Source: Octopus bimaculoides (taxonomy: Eukaryota). Taken from it: DNA of 64,000 nucleotides. Within the stretch, counting starts at the first letter, position 1. Each line of letters begins with the position of its first letter. The notes under the pieces are model-generated. The model searched no databases. It saw nothing but the letters and a program-made list of their open reading frames with translations, and was not told the origin of the DNA. Both the position numbers and the translations under genes were made by a program. The stretch is from positions 69,334,894 to 69,398,893 of the forward strand of contig NC_068984.1 in assembly GCF_001194135.2 (NCBI RefSeq), given 5' to 3'. Positions 34,361 to 48,874 of this stretch are shown one piece after another.

Positions 34361-35338
34361 ACTTGCTATAGGGAGAGCAGACAGCAAAATAAATTTTCAG
34401 AGGAAGAACTCACATCCAGCAAATGTTTTGTACTATGAGGTCCTGACACTCTAAGGGAGGCAGGATCACCTAGATCATGACACCTAAGTGTCCTCCTGCT
34501 GTTTTTAAAATACTACCTTTAATGGAGATTGACTTGAAACCTTCAGATTATCTTATTTTCTTGAACTATGATGTGTATCACCCAGCCAAGAAGACTACCA
34601 CAAGAACTTGCACTGTGGATCGATTTCAAACTGGGTTTTCCTCCTGCTTGAAAGAGAACTGCAGTGACAATTATTACTATGGGAGCTAATTCTTTATTAG
34701 TAGGGATAAAATGACTGGTTAATTCATGTTCCAGTTCCAAGTTATAAAAATCAGTGGAGGAGCCATTTTTCTTTTACCTTTTGACGATATGAAAATTTTT
34801 CCATGATACATATAGGTGATAGAATAGGATAAAAATTTCCCTATTCCTAGTTTTTTTAAGGACAAACATTAGGCTGACATTATTTTAGTTTAAATATGTA
34901 TAAATACTATAAAATGTGTCTAAATACACACACACACGCACGCACGCACACACATGCACGTGCATGCACACACATACACACATACAGAACAAGCTTCTTC
35001 CAATTACCGTCTATCAAATCCTTTCATAAGTCCTTGGTTGGCCTGAGGTTAAATGCTAAGCAGTAGGACTGAACCTAAAACCATGTGGTTGAGAGGCAAC
35101 CTTCTCAACCATACAGGTATACTTGTGTATATTTATATTATATATTATATATCATATATATTATAAGAACATGCAATATATAGTTATAAATATGGTTTCA
35201 TGGAAAGATTTCATTAAATTTGCTAGTTCTCATTCATTTTGATATTCTAAATATATTACATATTTGGTAATCTCCATACTGATATTTATATTTATATCTA
35301 TCTATCTATTTATCTAACTATATATATATATATACACA

Positions 35339-35443
<105 letters not shown>

Positions 35444-35879
35444 GAGTGTTTATCTCTGCATCTACGTGTGAGTCTCTGCCTGAATGGTACATGTCCAAAC
35501 TTGCATACTAAATAACATTTGGACGAACAGTCAGCTTGTATATAACACTCACCATGAAATACCACTAATCAAATATGTTATAGCATATGAATACTAATGA
35601 GGAATCAAACTAAATCTGGTTGTCGCAGGCACAGGAAGAATAAAAGAGTGACCAAAAGCTGAACATGATCTGGTTATAATACTTGCTTTTGCCAGTGAAA
35701 GTATATATGTGTTTGAGTCTGATATATATAGTTCCATACACTTATGCAAAAATATGTTTACATGTGTGTATACACACACACACACACATATATATACACA
35801 TTTGCACACACACATGTACATGCATATGCAAACACATATATATATATACACATGTATATTTATGTACATTTCATATAAG

Positions 35880-35944
<65 letters not shown>

Positions 35945-37235
35945 TCACATATATATACAATATATTTATATATATACAGATGTATACATATACACACACA
36001 TATATATATACAATATATTTCCTTATACACAGATATATACATGTATATACATACATCCAGTATATGCATATGCATGTATATCTATGGATATATATATATA
36101 TATATATACTTGTGTCTTAGGCATCTTCTTTTTTCTCTTCCATTGAAAGTTATTGTAGAAAGTCAAAGAAGGCCAGTGTGAAATATATTTACATTGGTTT
36201 AATGTAAGGTTATCTGGAGAACTACAAGAAAACCAAACTCAGCACGAAAATTGTCTGAAGAACAAATAGATATGGGAAATAAAACGAGAAAATAGTATAG
36301 AGAGTCGTGAGAGATAAGTACAATATATTGTCCTCAGATAGTTGATACAGCAGAATCATACTGAGAATTGGCAAGCATAATTCTTTAATATATTTCTGAG
36401 GTCATTTGACACTGGGCATTGTTTTCCAAAATGTCTATTTAATGATAATTTCTCCAGTAAGCAATTACAAAGTATGAACATGAAAGAAAATAAAAAAAGA
36501 AAAGAACGAAAACCATAAAAAACAAAACCGCATGATGTATAAGTTGTTTCCTACATACTGGAAATTACTGATTTATACACATATACACTTGTTATGTATT
36601 ACAAGTGTTCACTTAATAATTGTGATTATTGTTTACAGTACACATGATATACTTGATGTTGGCGATTGGCAAACATTTTGGCATAGAATGTAAAGTTCTC
36701 AGCAGACCAAGACTATGACCCTGGTTTAATTCCCATTTGTGGTTATTTCAGATTAAAGAACAAAAGAATTAATAGGGTGAAGGAAGAAAGCAGGCCAGCA
36801 CCCATGATTACCACTTTTGTCTTTCTGTCTTCTAAATCTTGAGAAACTGATGCTTCTGGCATATACTTTAAAGCTCTTGTCTAACCAAGTTTATGAGAAA
36901 ATTTAAATCATGTTCGTTGCTATTTTACATTTTTCTTTCTTTTTTTTTTACTAAAACTTAATTGGGAGAAGCAGAGTTGGGATGGCTTCAGACATGTCTA
37001 TTATCTTTATAGGTTTTCAGTCTAGTAAAATTGCTGATGACATAGACTGTAAACTGTAAATCAAATCTATGCCAAAATTTAATTCCTATTTTTAGCTGCT
37101 ATTTCAATTTTTGTTTCCATAAGAAAAATGAAGTACAAGACTTGTGAGCATGAACTTTGTAGATCCTCCTAATCTGGTTAAAATAATGATGTCGTTTATT
37201 TAAAAACTTTTTTAATTTTTACAATTTTTCAGTAG

Positions 37236-37315
37236 GTATTATACTGCAGTCAGTATGATCCTGTTATTATCAATCTTTTAATTCTTGGATGTATATATAG
37301 TCAGGCCCATGTAAG
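37236..37315 (+). other. Candidate exon (VLYCSQYDPVIINLLILGCIYSQAHV) with tandem donors
   Basis: Strong polypyrimidine tract, cagtag acceptor, open phase-0 frame and AAG|gtaagt donor. No partner exons found. Confidence 0.3.
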
Positions 37316-38044
37316 GTAAGTTTCAAGTGGGCCTGTTGGCAAAGACTTAAGATTTTAAGTATTCGGGGCATTTCCTTCTATCAATTTTCCCTGTACTGTT
37401 CATTTTCATCTTTCTCTTGTACATTTAGTTATGTGATTTGATGTGTTGTTTTTTTTTACCCACTGTGCTGTTTTGTCAACTGGCACAATTATGTGTGGTA
37501 GTCATTTGATATGAAAATGTGATGTGTATAAATGAAATCCAAAAAGTTTGCAAAACAAACCTCCTTTTCTTGTTGCTGTCTACCCAACAAGATTTGAGGG
37601 CAGCAACTTCTTAAGTAGTTATAGTTCTTTTCACAAGTACTCTAAAGAAAATTTCATTTGTTAATATTTGAAAACGACGATGATGATGATGATGATGTAT
37701 TCTAGAGGGAGAATTAAAAAGATGTCTTCACACTATAAGAGTCAATGATGATGGCACTGATGATGATGATGATGACAATGACTGAGGTTGTTAAAATGTG
37801 ATGATGATAATAAAGAGGATACATGAATACTCAGATGTTACAAACAAATATCTGAAAAAGAATTAAATCAAGACAGCTGTCTATGAAAGGAAACTGTAGA
37901 GAATTGCTTTGTACAATGATTTTATACAATGCCTACAGCAGACAAAAACAGAACAGTTTTCCCTTTTCACCATTTGATATATGTCAACCATGGAATTTGT
38001 TTAAAATCAAATGGATTGATGTAGAGATTATTAAACTTCAACTC

Positions 38045-38250
38045 TTTATGTCATGCCCCAATGGTCTTTTGCCTTTGAAAGCTGAAGGGAAACCAAAGTT
38101 GTTGCCCTTGATATCAACAAAGCTTTTCACCATGGCTTGTCTGAGAGACTTCTGCTAAAGCTGCTTACTTTTGTTCTTTATCCAACCATACTTAATAAGC
38201 TGGATAGTAAACTTCCTGTCAAGTGACTCCTTTTCAGTATATGTTGATGG

Positions 38251-38329
<79 letters not shown>

Positions 38330-38520
38330 ACCTCTCTCTCCCCTCCACCTCATCCTCTCACTAATTTTCTCTATTTCTTATTTTCTCATTCATTCTTGTT
38401 CTATCACAGTGTGGAGTTATCTCCTTCATCATCTTTCTTGCTAAGATCATTTGCCTTTATGCTGACACTTCTAACTTTATGCACAACAATGCAGACATGG
38501 CCTAGAAATTCTATGCCTGG
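38045..38520 (+). mobile_element. Jockey/CR1-like LINE RT remnant split by a (CT)n microsatellite
   Basis: VVALDINKAF (LDISKAFD motif), then LISWIVNFLSSDSFSVYVDGILS, and a decayed YADD-like motif near 38455. Confidence 0.6.
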
Positions 38521-41500
38521 TCATTAAACTTAAAAATAACAGCCAGATTATCTTACTGTTAAAACTTACCATTTCAGTGCAAGAAGGACAGATTTGGAAA
38601 TGTGGCTCTATATGGGCAGTTACTGAGCAAAAGATGGTTGATCATGGTTGGAATGCTTTTAATCATAAATCTCCTCAACTGGAACTGAGCAGGGGCTAAA
38701 AACAACAAAAATTCCATGTAAGAAATTAACAATGAAGCTTCTACAAAGAAAACTATTTGCCAGAAATAGCAACCAAGTCTTCTGCAAAACATGCCCCATT
38801 CATCTAAAGGACACATTAGATAATCTAGTTAATGGCACTCTTTAAGAGATAGCATGGTCATGGCTGGAATTATTACAAGTTTGATCAGAACTGATCAAGG
38901 ATGAAACAACAACAAAAGCAACAAGTACAACATATGACAAACCCTTAAACATTTAAACTGGCTATACCTGGCCCTAATATTCTGCTTGTTTTATATTCAA
39001 ACTGGCCAGATCCACTCTCTCACACCTACCCTATGGTGTCATTCTAAATATAAATAACTGTGCCATCAAAATCTTGAAGCTAGAAGGTAGCTCAGGATTA
39101 ATTACAAACAATATAAATAAATAAGCATTATATTTGACAGAGAAATCAAAATACCTCATTTACAGGTGGTCCTGAACACCTTTCATTAATGATACACACC
39201 CTCCATTATCATGGACTTACAAAATCTCCTCAACTGATTATGAGAACTCAATTGTTGTTTTGGTTGTTTTTATTGTTGTTGTTATTGTTATTGTGGTGCT
39301 GGTGGCAGTGGTAGTGGTTGTGTCAATAGAAAATTTGAGTTCAATTGGAATAATGGTTTCAAGTCAAATTGATTATAAGATTTGAAACTATGAAGAAGAA
39401 TTTGACCATAAGAACGGTGCTTTGGTCAAGTTTATTTCTGTAATTAGCATTCTATTTAAAATCTGGTTCTCCATCAAAAATATTGCTCCATAGTCACCAT
39501 AAGAACTTAACATCTTTTAATAGCACCTGACACAGATGCTACACATCACAAAGAAATATACTCATTACAACATAACACTTAGTAATAGATTTAATTTATT
39601 ATGCTCTCAACAAATGTCAAGTTTCATTATATCTGAAAATTTCAATGGTATAATCCACTATACAGAACACATTTTGTAACCAGGGCACCTGTATGTGGTT
39701 GCTCAATCTGTATTAGATATCACTGTTAAATTTCTCTCTCATGACACTCCTTAATTTGTTAGATAAGGAAGGAAACATGAGATAATACTGGCTTAATGCA
39801 TTATATCTAGATAAAGAGATGTTCACAACTGGAATAGCATTAAGTATAGGTTTTCTTTATAAGAAATAACCGTAGGTTAGAAGATAACAGCCACTACAAC
39901 TTTTCAAATTGTGTAAACTTTTGACAAGAATGAAAGAGTGAGTATCTAAGACATAACTATAGCTATGGTGTTCATACTACAATTAGAATGATTAAAAGTG
40001 TTATATTTACATTGCAAAGCTTTAAGCCATATTACGTAGTAAATACAAACATTTGAGCAAGTTGCTATACAAAAATAATAAACCTAATTAATAATTTCTG
40101 AGTTCTACATTTTTCTTTTTTTATGGTTCAGTAAATGGAAGATGTGCAGAGTCCTTAATGACCCTTTTTTTCAAACAACAGTAGCATGGAGTGAATAAAT
40201 ATGTATTCTTGGTTGAATCACAATGATGTTTTACAATGTAATAGTTAAATTTATTTCAATTTGGACTTTTGTTTCTTTTGCATGAAATAGCTATTGTTTA
40301 ATTAATGACAAGCTGTCACAAGTGCAAATATTAAAATTAAGCTATCCACTAACGTCTTAACCTATTAATGACTTGGTTATAAGCAGATGGTCTCTACTGT
40401 TGACTGGGGAATGAAGCTAAGGGACAACTTTACAAAGACCTCTAAGCCTGGTGAGACAGAGAGGTAAGTTATTTTCTGACCAGAAACCTCACTCCCGTGC
40501 TGCAATAAAGTGAATTCCTTTAAGGGCAGCCAAGACAATGCAGTGGTATTAAACCAGACAAGGGATTAAATCTATGACCCAAGAACAGGAACGGACCCAC
40601 AATAGGATCAACTCAATCTCCATATAGTAAGTTTTACTTAAAGTATTTCATTGATCTTAAGCTATGGGAGAAGTTACTCAAGAGCACACAATTGTAAAAA
40701 GAACTCTCTTAGAAACCAGTTAGCAGAGTCATTAGAGTGGAATATAGAATGTCTTTCAGTATTTCGTCTGACTCTCTGCATTATCAGTTAAAATCCTGCC
40801 AAGATCAACATTGTTGTTCATCCTTTTGGTATCAATAAAAATGTTGCAATGTAGGATAATGAACTGGTGGCACTGTGAGAATGTTTGGCTGAATACATTA
40901 TAGTAATTATTCTAACTCTGGTTTCTGAGTTCAAATCCAGTATTAACCTGCTAAAATGGTTGACTTAATCTACTATCTGGTTTAACTCCACAACCTGATA
41001 TTTTAGGTGCTTTTAGTCCAGATTGTTGCAAGCATTTTGATTAAGTCTCCAGTTTGAGAAAACTTTCCACCCTTGCTCCTACAAGATGTGCAGGTCCTGT
41101 AAAAGTTAAAGCAAATGCCTTCCCACTGGACCATTAAAAAATCAAAAATCATACATCCATTGGCACAAGGTACTGCAGTTATGGAGAATGCACAGATGTT
41201 GCTGCCAGACGCTTCCATGACAAACATGTTGTCAACTCAAATAGACTTTTCATGAACAGACTGTTTGTTGCCAGATTTGTTTATTATATGTTACAGCTTT
41301 TCTCTTCCTAAATAAAGATCTACTTTTAAAATAAAACTAATGCTATAGGTTGATTTACAAATTAAAAAAAGGCATAAAAATGTTGTTCTTTAAATTCTTT
41401 AATTCTTTAAGTTGTTTCAGCTTTAATGCTGTGGTCATGCTGGGGCACCACCATTGTTAAGTAATATTTAAATCTTTTCATTATGTACAGTTTGTATATC

Positions 41501-42651
41501 ATTCATGTTAGTTGCTAATTCAAGTTATATGACTCCATTTGATGAAACCTCCAAGAAAGGAAATTACAATAAAACATCCCACTTTGTTTAGCTTTTTATG
41601 GATATTTACAGCTTTGATTCTTAATGGATGAAAGGCAAAGTAAGCATTGGTAAAATTTGAATAGAAATGTAAAGGGACATTGAATAGGCATCACTCTATC
41701 ATGTATATTATCCACCATCTTAAACCAATCAATTAATTAATAATTAGTAATTTCTCACTCAGGCAAAATTTCGCAAATTTTGTGAGAAAGGTGTAGTTGA
41801 TGAGATAAACCCCAGTGGGATTTAAATTTAGAATATAAATGGAAATACTGAAATACTAAAAGGCATTCAATCCATTGCTGTATCATTTCTAGCATCTACT
41901 ATCTTAATACAATTAACACAATGTCCTTTGGGAAATCCAGGTGTTATAAACACTTGCAATATCCCCGAAAGTGACTGAAATATAAATAAAACTTAGAGAA
42001 GAGTATTCTTGTGTTATTAATTTTCTTAAGGATAAATTTACTCTCAATGTTGCAATTAATGGTTTGGAATAAATTGTACAGCATTTATGGTAATCATATG
42101 TGTTGATGGAATAAAACGAGTCTCAGTATGCTGTTGGCAAGGTGGTTGAATAGTGGACTTGACTGAAACAGTAAATTTATTTCTAACATTCACAGAAAGC
42201 CATAAATTTTTCAGGGAAATGCACAGTCGATTAATTTGACTTCGGTAGATAGTTGGATTAAATAATCATCAGCATCAATGTTGTCATCATCATCATCACA
42301 AGCATCATCGTCATCATCGTCGTCATTGTCGTTGTCATTGTTGTTGTCATTTTAACATCTATTTTTCGATCCTTGAATGGGTGAAACAGATTTCATTGAG
42401 GCAGATTTTCTACAGCCAAATGCTTTCCTTATCACTAACCCTCATTAGTTTCCTAACAAGATAATATTTCCTCTTGAATGGGCATATTTGTATGGAAGAC
42501 AAGAAAGCAAAAAGACATTTTATATGAAGATGACGCTCATTTACATATATGTAATATCAAGACAGGGGGCACATAGATATGTTCATGCACATGCATATAC
42601 CACCCCAACCTTAATATACATATATGTATGTATATGTATATATGTATATGG

Positions 42652-43358
42652 ATCATCATCATTTAACGTCTGTTGTTCATTCTGGCATGGGTTAGATGGT
42701 TTGACTGGGGCTGACAAGCTGGCATGCTGCACCTGGCTCCAGTCTGATTTGGCATGGGTTCTACAGTTGGATGCCCTTCCTAACGCCAACCACTCCGAGA
42801 GATGCATTTATGTACCACCGGCACAGGTGTTAGTTGTATGACGCCGGTAACTGCCATGACTGTGATTTTGCTTGGCTTGAGGGGTCTTCTTCTCAAGCAT
42901 GACATAATGCCAAAGGTCTCAGTCATTGCCTCCATGAGGCCCAACACTCAAAAGGAGCTTGGCTACTTTGCCTTCATGAGGCCCAATGCTTTTTACATGC
43001 CACTGGCATGGTTGCCAGTTACGTGACACCAGCATCACCCACGACTATGATTTCACTTGACTCGGTGGGTTTTCTCAAGCACGGAATATTGCCAAAGGTC
43101 TCAGCCACTAGTCATTGCCACTGTGAGGCCCAAAGTTCAAAGATCATGCTTCACCACCTCCTCTCATGTCTTCCTAGTTCTACCTCTCCCACAGGTTCTC
43201 TCCACAGTTAGAGATGAGTGCTTCTTTATACAGCTGACCTTAAACAACACATGACCACACCAGCACTGTCATCTCTCTTGAACATCACACATGATGCTTC
43301 TTCTACCTAACTTTTCTCTCAAGATGCTTACACTCTGCTAAACATGCACACTGTCATT
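42652..43358 (-). mobile_element. 5'-truncated RTE-clade LINE
   Basis: Decayed CNVSVH..QSVSILREKLG...VQER..WCGHV...GRGR..KT.EEVVKHDL, followed by the shared 3' UTR and (GAT)n tail. Confidence 0.8.
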
Positions 43359-43651
43359 GCATCTTAATGTTTATATATATTTTTAATGATATACTCTATT
43401 TTCCAGCTTACAAGTCAACATAGTAAATCTCATAAACATGTAATATAAACGCTCAAACTTTGTCTCTATCTTTTCAAATCCTGCTGCATTTCACATGAAA
43501 TGTTTCTTCCTCCAAAGTTGTCTTATATAAACCGACTTACCTTTTACAGCTGTAAATTTTGATTAGCAAACCTTGACTGGAATGCCAAAAAGTTTGATAA
43601 TATTGATACATAATGCTGTAATATAACATTACTACCCCTTTGATGGTCAAT

Positions 43652-44053
43652 CTATGTTATGGTGAAGGGGCTTGCATGGACCAATGACTCTGAGAGTGAT
43701 GCCATTGAGAGATCTAAACTCCTCTGTAGGCCTACCCTTGGCAGCAAGATCAACGGCAAGGACCCAAACGAAGTACGACCAACTCCCAAAGTTTCTAATG
43801 GTGGAACATGCAGATGATGACTAAAACAGATCTGAAAAAGCCTGAACCAGCAAATGAAGAGGGCTATGCAAGACAGATATGCTACAGAAGACACCATTCA
43901 AAACCACAACTGGGTCAGTGACAGTCCATTGCAGTTCCATAACTAGATCAGATTGGAACCTGGTGCAGCTCTCCAGCTTTCCAGCTTTCAGTCAAACAGT
44001 CCAACCCATGCTAGCATGGAAAGTGAATGTTAAATGATGATGATGATGATGAT
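43652..44053 (+). mobile_element. Short RTE-derived element: RTE 5'UTR-like head joined to RTE tail
   Basis: GGTGAAGGGGCTTGCATGGACCAATGACTCTGAGAGTGATGCC resembles recalled RTE/BovB 5' ends. It ends in CCAACCCATGCTAGCATGGAAAG...ATGATGATG. Confidence 0.5.
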
Positions 44054-46802
44054 CCTACATGTCCCATTCTATATGTGTTGCAGAAGCAGAGGACATTTAC
44101 GAAACCAAGCATGTCGGTCACTTCCTGGCAAGTTGATGTCCACCATAAACAAATCCATGCCATTGGCACTTCTACCCTCACAATAACAACAACAATGATG
44201 ATAATATTGCTCCAAGAGTTTTGAACCTATGTAGAGATAAATGATTTCTAAGTAATATTTGGCATGTTCGTTTTACAAAGATAATAAAATTTTTAAAAAT
44301 AATAACAGCAAGATGTTACTCAAGTACTTAAATATATCTTAATTGCATTTAAGTAAATTATTTCATTGGGAAAATGCAAGCAATTTTTTTCATTAATTTA
44401 CACAGGCAATTCAATTTAACTTAAGAAGTAGAAAGTACTACACATTCACAAGAAGTATTTTAAAAATCTTAAATCTAATATTATTTAATTTATATTTCTT
44501 ATTTTTAAAAATGATTTTAGCTACCTGAGCTGTAGAGTTTTTGGGTGGGGAGTGAATAATTTAATTAGAAATTTTGAATTCAGTACACTTGATGAATATT
44601 TACAGAACGTTAATACTTAATTAAAATTTTAAAAATAATAAAAATTTCTTTCCAAAGTTTAGAAATAATAAATAATAAATGCATTATTAAAAACAGTCAT
44701 ATTTCATTACAGTTACCTGTTATTTGTAAATACATATATAAATATATGGTTCATTAAAATTGTAATTAAAAAAAAATATGCCTTTCAATTAAAGAACTTT
44801 GATATGGATCAAAAGCGTTCATTAAATTATTTTTGTATGTCATTAAAAGAATACACCAAATATAATTTGTCAGTCTGTATATTCAAGTGTGTGCATTTTT
44901 GTGTGTGTGTGTGTGTGTAATATTATATATGCATACAGTTGCATCTATTTAAAATTTCTATCTATTTGTGTCAAATGCAGTTTCTGCATAAAGAAATTAT
45001 ATATGCAAACATATATGTGAATGTAAATATACATGCAGATATATACATACATTCAAATATATATATATATATATGTATCCACAGAGAGAAAGAGACCATC
45101 CAACATGCAAGATATATGTTACAAGCCCCAAAATAGTACCTTATCTTTTGCTTCTTGTTTTAAAATTTGTACTGACTTTGAATTTATATAAAATGATTGG
45201 CTTATTAATTTATAATTTGTCTTGATTCTAAGTTTGATTTGACTATTGAGTGAAATTTGGCTTGTAGAAATTGTATGGAAAACAATCGGTTATTTGTGTG
45301 TGTGTGTGTGAGCATGCACACATGTGCGTGTGTGCACATGTATGTGTGTGCATGTGTGTGAAATGGGTGCAGTGTGAAAAAATTTTCTCTGAGTTATGTT
45401 CTTTTCATCTGGCCCACTTTATATCCCTTACATGATAGCTTACTAAGATTGATATAATGGATTAACTTCTCTTAAAATGGTAACCCAGCTTATTTGCAAC
45501 CCAATGACTAAAACTTATAAAAGAGTATGTATATTGCAAACATTTCAGTAGTGTTACTGTTTGCTTCTGTTATACTGGGATTCGTTCAATTTTATTCTGT
45601 TGGGGGCCACCTAATGTGTTTCTCTGTTCTTCTAGTTCACAATGTCTGGAATTTTTCTTTCTTACAATTTGTACAATATTTTTCAGTATTTATATATATG
45701 ATGCACCAGAGAATGAAGGAAAAAAAACACAAAGGAAAAAGTAACAAAGATACCATACAGGAAAAAGCCAACATACTCCCAGGTTAATGTCACAGACTTT
45801 CAAATAGTTACATCAAAACAAAAACAAAAAAAAAATGTCATTCAACAAACATTTTCTTAACTCCAGTAATAATCCTGATGAGACCACAAAAGTGATTGTA
45901 TGACAGGATTAGTTGGTCCTTGCCAATTTCACCAATCTCAGCAGTTTCCTCTGAACATTTCATCACTCTGACAATTCTCCTGATGTAGTAGTTCTGAGGG
46001 TTAAAATCAATAGAGGTAGGAGGTCACATGATGTTGGGGGCACAAGAAAAGAGGTTTCTCCTGGGGCTTACCAAACATTAACACACCTCTCCTCATCACA
46101 TGTAAATTGTACTTGATTTTCTTGTGAACCATATGTTTGATAGTAGACTCTGTTGCCTTGAGTTGCTCAGAGATGACCATCATCCACCTGGAGTTGTTAC
46201 TGATAAAGTGTTTGATTGTTTGATGAACATAGCAGCACTAATGACATCTGACTGATGGATAACACATCACTGCAGAAGGCCATCAGTACTTGCATACACT
46301 GGACATAAAGATCTCAGATAATTTAAGAAACTGGCATTTCTGAGTTAATGCGGTTATAGTTAGAACTGTAAGCACAGTAAACCATTTAATTTCTTCATTT
46401 CATTTGAAATTGCTGGAATGTTTAAAGTAATGAGGAAGCTAAAATTTGAAGCATGCTGTATAACATTATGTTAGTTTGTCATCCTTTTATGACTTGCCAA
46501 AATATCTTGAAAATATCTAGAGTACTCTGCACTGTTTTTTCAGTGTATCTACAAGGTTCCATAATCGAGGGGTATTTTTAGGATAAATTAGAAATGGATT
46601 TGTTGTTTTTTTTTGCAGGTTTTCTTTATTACCATTTTGGTGATATGATTATAAAATCTATGACAATTCAGTTGCTTATACAAGCACACATATACACAAG
46701 CATTCATACATACACAGAGAGGGATGCCCACACACATACAGGCAAGTGTGTATATACATCTCACTCTCTCTCTCTCTTTCTTGCTCTCTCTCTCTCTCTC
46801 TA

Positions 46803-46859
<57 letters not shown>

Positions 46860-47092
46860 NNNNNNNNNNNNNNNNNNNNNNNNNNNNNNNNNNNNNNNNN
46901 NNNNNNNNNNNNNNNNNNNNNNNNNNNNNNNNNNNNNNNNNNNNNNNNNNNNNNNNNNNNNNNNNNNNNNNNNNNNNNNNNNNNNNNNNNNNNNNNNNNN
47001 NNNNNNNNNNNNNNNNNNNNNNNNNNNNNNNNNNNNNNNNNNNNNNNNNNNNNNNNNNNNNNNNNNNNNNNNNNNNNNNNNNNNNNNNNNNN

Positions 47093-47205
47093 TCTGACAG
47101 AGAGAAAGATATGGTCAGCAGAAATGTATAGAGTCCCAGAGAGAGAGAGGGACAGAGAGAAAGCTATGGTCAGCAGAAATGTATAGAGTCCCAGTGAGAG
47201 AGAGA
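47093..47205. repeat. About 57-bp minisatellite, at least 2 units, running into an assembly gap
   Basis: GACAGAGAGAAAG.TATGGTCAGCAGAAATGTATAGAGTCCCAG occurs twice. Confidence 0.85.
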
Positions 47206-48874
47206 CAGAATTGTAGTGGCAGACTGCCCTGGTCAGTGGAAGTAGCAGACCTGAAGGAAACGAACTTCGTTGTGGTAAATGCTTTTATATTATTTTAGAG
47301 AAAAAGAACTCTGAGTTGTTAACTGTGTTGTTAAATGCTTCTAAAAGAAAGGAAAAGAAAAGAAATACAAACGAAAGAAGCAGAAGAACTTTGTTGTCAA
47401 ATGAAACTTGAGACACGAAAATTTGATAACTGTTTCAATTCTAACTTCGTTCCTTTTATTTTCAATGAAAATATTTATGTAAGTGCTTTCATAGGGGCTG
47501 AGTACCATAGACAGTGAAAAATACATATACTAAGGAACATAAACACAAAAGGACACAGGTAACAGAGAACCTAGTAGATACAGCCTTTTCTCTCTGCAGA
47601 ACTAGTCTTTGCTCATTTAGCTAAGCTATTTAATATTGAAAAATATACAGAAACCATTAGATAAGGTAGTCTACAGATAAAACAGAGATAAAACAAGGTG
47701 TGATAGTTAAGGATAAAACGTCTTTGATCATAAATCTGCTAAATGAGGTGCTGATTTGAAGTTAAACAACAATAATATCACTTTTCTTTAATTAAATCAT
47801 TAAGGCAAATGTTACACAGAATTATTCATCTGTCACCAGTCATGCATTAAACAATTTTAATATTGTTATTGAAAATGTTTTTATTTATTTAATGATAAAC
47901 ATTTTAGGTTTGATTTAACTCCAGAGAAGGAAATCAAATTTATTAATCACAACTTTTGTAACACTATCCCTAAAAATACTGTCTTGAGATGCAAATCTTC
48001 GGTCATGGACCTACTCAGTTTGGTTCAACCTGGTACCAAACACTACCACCACCACCACCAACACCACCAACAACAACAAAACAACAGCACTACTGCCACT
48101 ACCATCACCACTGCCACTACCATCACCACTGTCATCATTATTATCATAGTTTTAATGTCTGTTTTTTCCTTACTTGCATGGTTCAGATGAGATAGCTTTG
48201 TGACAGAATTTTCTTTAGCTGGATACCGTTCCAGTTGCTAGTTCCCTCTAGTCTTCAAGTGAGATAAAAATCTCTCAATCTGTTGAACAACAAGTAGTCT
48301 GGACATCTTGATACTGAGAACTGGACAGAAATGGCATTGTCTGAATAAGCTTTTCATTTATAAAGATCATGCAACATGTCAAATTATGTCAAGAAACCCA
48401 AATACACTTTCACAGCAGACTGCAAACAATTGACACAAGACAGCAAGGCTATTGAGTACAATGAGAAGACATATGTGACACTGAAGAAAATACAAACTCA
48501 CTTGCATGATCAGACACATGCACAAACACATATTCATGCACACACACATATACATGCACGTGTGCATGCACACACACACACATACACATGCATGCATGCA
48601 CATACACAAAGGCAATGGTGTTCTTTCAGTTTCCATCAGGTAAATCCACTCACAAGGCTTTATGAAAAGACACTTGCTCAAGGTATTATGCAATGGGGCT
48701 GGACCTTAATGTTCCCATATCGTTGGGAAGCAGATTTATTATATACGTGACCATACCTGCCCCAAACAATAAAGAAAGTAATAAAACAAGAAGAACATTG
48801 CCTGAAAAAAAAATTTTGTGTTTTTTTTTTCCTCGGTTGGTTTTTCTCGGGTTTTTTTTTTTCTCACAGATTAT

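Noticed and set aside
35553-35720. Minus-strand exon with in-frame TAG codons possibly recoded to Trp by A-to-I editing
   Set aside because: No recognisable protein in any frame and no supporting exon context. Purely speculative.
38570-38695. 126-nt minus-strand exon candidate (tttttag|...ATG|gtaagt)
   Set aside because: It has stops in all three frames, and the acceptor lies in a copy of the short dispersed repeat. At best a cryptic or UTR exon.
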